DNA of 64,000 nucleotides from a virus (taxonomy: Duplodnaviria > Caudoviricetes): positions 2,942 to 66,941 of IMG/VR virus record IMGVR_UViG_3300044723_011313, one strand, 5' to 3'. Under the pieces are notes generated by a model. It made no database searches and was not told the DNA's origin. It worked only from the letters and a program-made list of their open reading frames with translations. Below are positions 61,269 to 64,000 of this stretch, piece by piece. The position numbers and the translations under genes are program-made. Each line of letters begins with the position of its first letter. Within the stretch, counting starts at the first letter, position 1.

Positions 61269-64000
61269 AGATCGCACATGTAAGTGACATTCACATTCGG
61301 AACCACCGATACCACGAAGAATACACTGCTGTATTTGAGGAACTCTATGCTAAACTGCGAGAACTCAAGCCAGACATTATTGTAAACACTGGTGATACAG
61401 CACACACTAAACTACAACTAAGCCCTGCTTATTTTCACATGACCGCCAAGTTTTTTGAGAACTTAGCAGACATAGCACCCCTTCATGTGATCTTGGGGAA
61501 CCACGACCTCAACCTTCGTAATCCGGGTCGCATTGATGCTGTAACTCCGATTGTCGAGGCACTAGACCACAAGGACATTCACTTCCACAAGTTCTCACAA
61601 GAGGTAGATTTGGGTAATGGCTTTGTTCTGAATGTCTTGTCTGTTGTCGATGAGGACAAGTGGGTTGACCCAACAGACGAAAGCAAAGTAAATATTGCTC
61701 TTTTCCACGGCTCTGTTGCTGGTGTTACTACTGATACTGGCTGGGTAATGGACCACGGAGACATAAACATACAGCAGTTTGCTCCATTTGACTATGTTTT
61801 GCTCGGAGACATTCACAAGACATACCAGAAACTAGACGACGAAGGGCGAGTTGCTTATCCCGGCTCTCTGGTTCAGCAGAATTTTGGCGAGACCCCTGAT
61901 AAAGGATTTTTGCTTTGGGATATTGCAGATAAAGAAAACTTTACTTGCGAGCACTATTCGCTTACAAACCCAAAGCCATTTATCACTATCGAACTTACCC
62001 CAAAGGGAAAGATGCCCAAGAACTTGGATGTCCCCAATGGAGCACGACTTCGCTTGGTGTCTCAGAACAACCTGCCCCTCGATGTTATGCGACGAGCAAT
62101 GGATATTTCCAGAACTCGTTTCAAGCCTGAAAGTGTAACTTTTCTCAACAAAGCATCTGGTCAGCGAGCAGATGTAAAGAATTTGACTGACGGACTTGAC
62201 ACAGAAGACTTGCGAGACATCAAGACCCAAGAAAAGCTAATCAAAGAGTATCTCAAAGATTTTGAGGCTTCAGAAGAGACTTTGGAAAAAGTTTATTCCC
62301 TCAATCGACGATACAATACTATGGCAGAAGAGGAAGAAGAGGTAGCCAGAAACATCAACTGGTCGCTCAAATCATTTGAGTGGGACAACCTCTTCAACTA
62401 TGGCGAAGGAAACAAGGTAGATTTTACCAAACTCAACGGAATCGTTGGTATTTTTGGTAAGAACTACTCTGGTAAGTCTTCGATTATTGACGGATTCCTG
62501 TACACTCTCTTCAATTCTACCAGCAAGAACGAAAGGAAAAATCTAAATGTAATCAACCAGAATAAAGATAGAGGATGTGGTCGCCTTGAGATTGCTATTG
62601 GTGAAAAAGATTTTCTAATTGAGAGAGAGTCAACTAAGTATATCAAGAAACTCAAAGGTGAGGAAACCCTAGAGGCTAAAACCGACATCAATTTTTCCTG
62701 CTACGACCATGTAACTCAAGAGGAGGAAGAACTCAACGGAGATAGCAGAAACGGCACAGACAAGAACATTCGTAAGATGTTTGGAACAGTAGACGATTTC
62801 CTGCTGACTTCTATGTCGTCTCAAGTGGGTAGTCTCACCTTTATCAATGAAGGCTCCACAAAGCGAAAAGAAATCTTAGGCAAGTTTCTTGACCTCTTGA
62901 TCTTTGAAAAGAAGTTCAAGAAAGCCAAAGAAGATGCTGCGGATATGAAGGGAGCCCTAAAACTATTGGAGGGCAAAGAATATGAGACCGATATCGCAGA
63001 TACCACAGAAGCACTTGAACAAAACTCTTCCTCAAAAGAAAAGCAAGAGCAGAAATGTCGTAAATACTCCGAAGCAATCACGAGGACTGAAAACTCTATC
63101 AGCGAGATTGACCGGAAGATTGGTTCTATCCCAGCAGAGATAATCAATATCGTTGAGGTCAAGGAAGAGCAGATCTCTAAGCAAAAAGAGGTCAAGACTC
63201 TTACCAATCAAATCAACGAACTCAAAGAAGAAAATAAAACAAAAAGAGTAGATCACCAGCGAATCAACGAAGCCTTAGAGAGTTTCGACATTGATTCGCT
63301 CCGTGCCGTTCAAAAAGAGATTGCCGAAAAGCAGATTGTTTTGGAAGGCACAAACCAGACAATCGAACAGCAAGAGTACCGATTGGAGCAGAACAAGAAC
63401 AAGGTAAAACTTCTCTTGGAAGTTCCTTGTGGTGATGAATTCTCTTCTTGTAAGTTTATCAAAGATGCTTACAATGCTCAGGGCAATGTTGTTGTTATCG
63501 AGCAGAACCTCAGAGACCTTCGCAATGAAAGCGAAACACTCTATGAGGACATTGAGCAACTCAACCCTAAAACAATCGAGCGAAAGATTGATAAGTACGA
63601 AGAAGTTCTCGAAATGCGAGACGATATCTACAATACTATCAACCAAAACGAACTTGTGGTCGAGAAGAACGAGAGTAAAGTATCTACACTCAATCTAGAA
63701 ATCGAAAAACTCCAAGGAAAAATAGAGGAATACGAGGAAAACCGTGAGGCTATTGAGAACTTGGAAGAACTGCTCGAACAAAAGGCAGAACAGCAAAATA
63801 ACCTCAAAGCACAGCAAATAATCTTGGACGAGTGTAACGAAGAGATTATTGGTCTAATCAAAGAGCGAGGTTCGCTGGAGCAGAGATTAGAAAATCTTAC
63901 TAACCAGAAAGAAGAAATGGAAACTCTGCGAGATAACTTTGCTGCCTACGACTTGTTTATGCGGTGTATGCATACCAATGGCATCTCTTTGGATGTTATC
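61265..64000 (+). CDS. Fused Mre11/SbcD nuclease - Rad50/SbcC ATPase (gp47-gp46-like), 3'-truncated; absent from the ORF track
   Basis: Manual translation gives 912 codons with no stop: SDIH, TGD, GNHD, FHG, GDIH phosphoesterase motifs, then FEWDNLFNYG, Walker A GKNYSGKSS (62456-62482), a coiled coil and PCGDEFSSCKF. Confidence 0.92.
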   Translation, partial: MKIAHVSDIHIRNHRYHEEYTAVFEELYAKLRELKPDIIVNTGDTAHTKLQLSPAYFHMTAKFFENLADIAPLHVILGNHDLNLRNPGRIDAVTPIVEALDHKDIHFHKFSQEVDLGNGFVLNVLSVVDEDKWVDPTDESKVNIALFHGSVAGVTTDTGWVMDHGDINIQQFAPFDYVLLGDIHKTYQKLDDEGRVAYPGSLVQQNFGETPDKGFLLWDIADKENFTCEHYSLTNPKPFITIELTPKGKMPKNLDVPNGARLRLVSQNNLPLDVMRRAMDISRTRFKPESVTFLNKASGQRADVKNLTDGLDTEDLRDIKTQEKLIKEYLKDFEASEETLEKVYSLNRRYNTMAEEEEEVARNINWSLKSFEWDNLFNYGEGNKVDFTKLNGIVGIFGKNYSGKSSIIDGFLYTLFNSTSKNERKNLNVINQNKDRGCGRLEIAIGEKDFLIERESTKYIKKLKGEETLEAKTDINFSCYDHVTQEEEELNGDSRNGTDKNIRKMFGTVDDFLLTSMSSQVGSLTFINEGSTKRKEILGKFLDLLIFEKKFKKAKEDAADMKGALKLLEGKEYETDIADTTEALEQNSSSKEKQEQKCRKYSEAITRTENSISEIDRKIGSIPAEIINIVEVKEEQISKQKEVKTLTNQINELKEENKTKRVDHQRINEALESFDIDSLRAVQKEIAEKQIVLEGTNQTIEQQEYRLEQNKNKVKLLLEVPCGDEFSSCKFIKDAYNAQGNVVVIEQNLRDLRNESETLYEDIEQLNPKTIERKIDKYEEVLEMRDDIYNTINQNELVVEKNESKVSTLNLEIEKLQGKIEEYEENREAIENLEELLEQKAEQQNNLKAQQIILDECNEEIIGLIKERGSLEQRLENLTNQKEEMETLRDNFAAYDLFMRCMHTNGISLDVI

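Noticed and set aside
129-63861. Numerous short antisense and alternate-frame ORFs in the track (e.g. 6708-7229, 8117-8662, 59715-60305, 62821-63207)
   Set aside because: They lie wholly within motif-bearing genes, lack SDs and motifs, and read as codon-bias shadows.
1-64000. Alternative genetic code (stop-codon reassignment)
   Set aside because: ORFs up to 9.5 kb are intact in the standard code, and TAA, TAG and TGA all end genes at tight junctions.

Overview
A 64-kb, gene-dense, AT-rich segment of a large contractile-tailed (myovirus-like, probably jumbo) phage, almost all on the + strand and read with the standard genetic code. (1) 1-7.2 kb: a 5'-truncated tubulin/FtsZ-family GTPase, a secreted CxxCH cytochrome-c-like protein, ClpP, a cytidylyltransferase, a DUF3307-like protein, a trypsin-like lipoprotein, PIN-PhoH, an HExxH peptidase and a Cas4-like nuclease, interleaved with three tRNAs (Arg-UCU, Leu-UAA, CAU/probable Ile2). 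(2) 7.2-19.6 kb: a 14-gene nucleotide-sugar and glycosyltransferase cluster. (3) 20.4-56.4 kb: a sigma-like factor followed by the baseplate/tail block (gp5-like OB fold fused to a MepA-type peptidase, HxH spike, 2645-aa protein, gp25, gp6, 3182-aa gp7/LamG protein, paralogous tail proteins). (4) 56.4-64 kb: RuvC-like resolvase, primase, two tandem lipoproteins, a second cytidylyltransferase, KOW-like mini-genes, and a fused Mre11-Rad50 gene that runs off the window and is missing from the ORF track. The strongest novelty candidate is a phage lipoprotein (58750-60369) ending in what looks like an intact FrpC-type Ca2+-dependent Asp-Pro 'clip-and-link' self-processing module, next to a poly-Glu lipoprotein with a near-identical N-terminus. 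Other signals are strict CCWGG avoidance (36/36 Pro-Gly pairs use CCS codons), a recurring TAYTTAY putative late-promoter motif, tRNAs matching the codon usage of the structural genes, and a possible virion glycosylation system. All protein assignments come from motif recognition by eye; no database searches were run. No capsid, terminase or polymerase gene lies in this window, so taxonomy and host are inferences.
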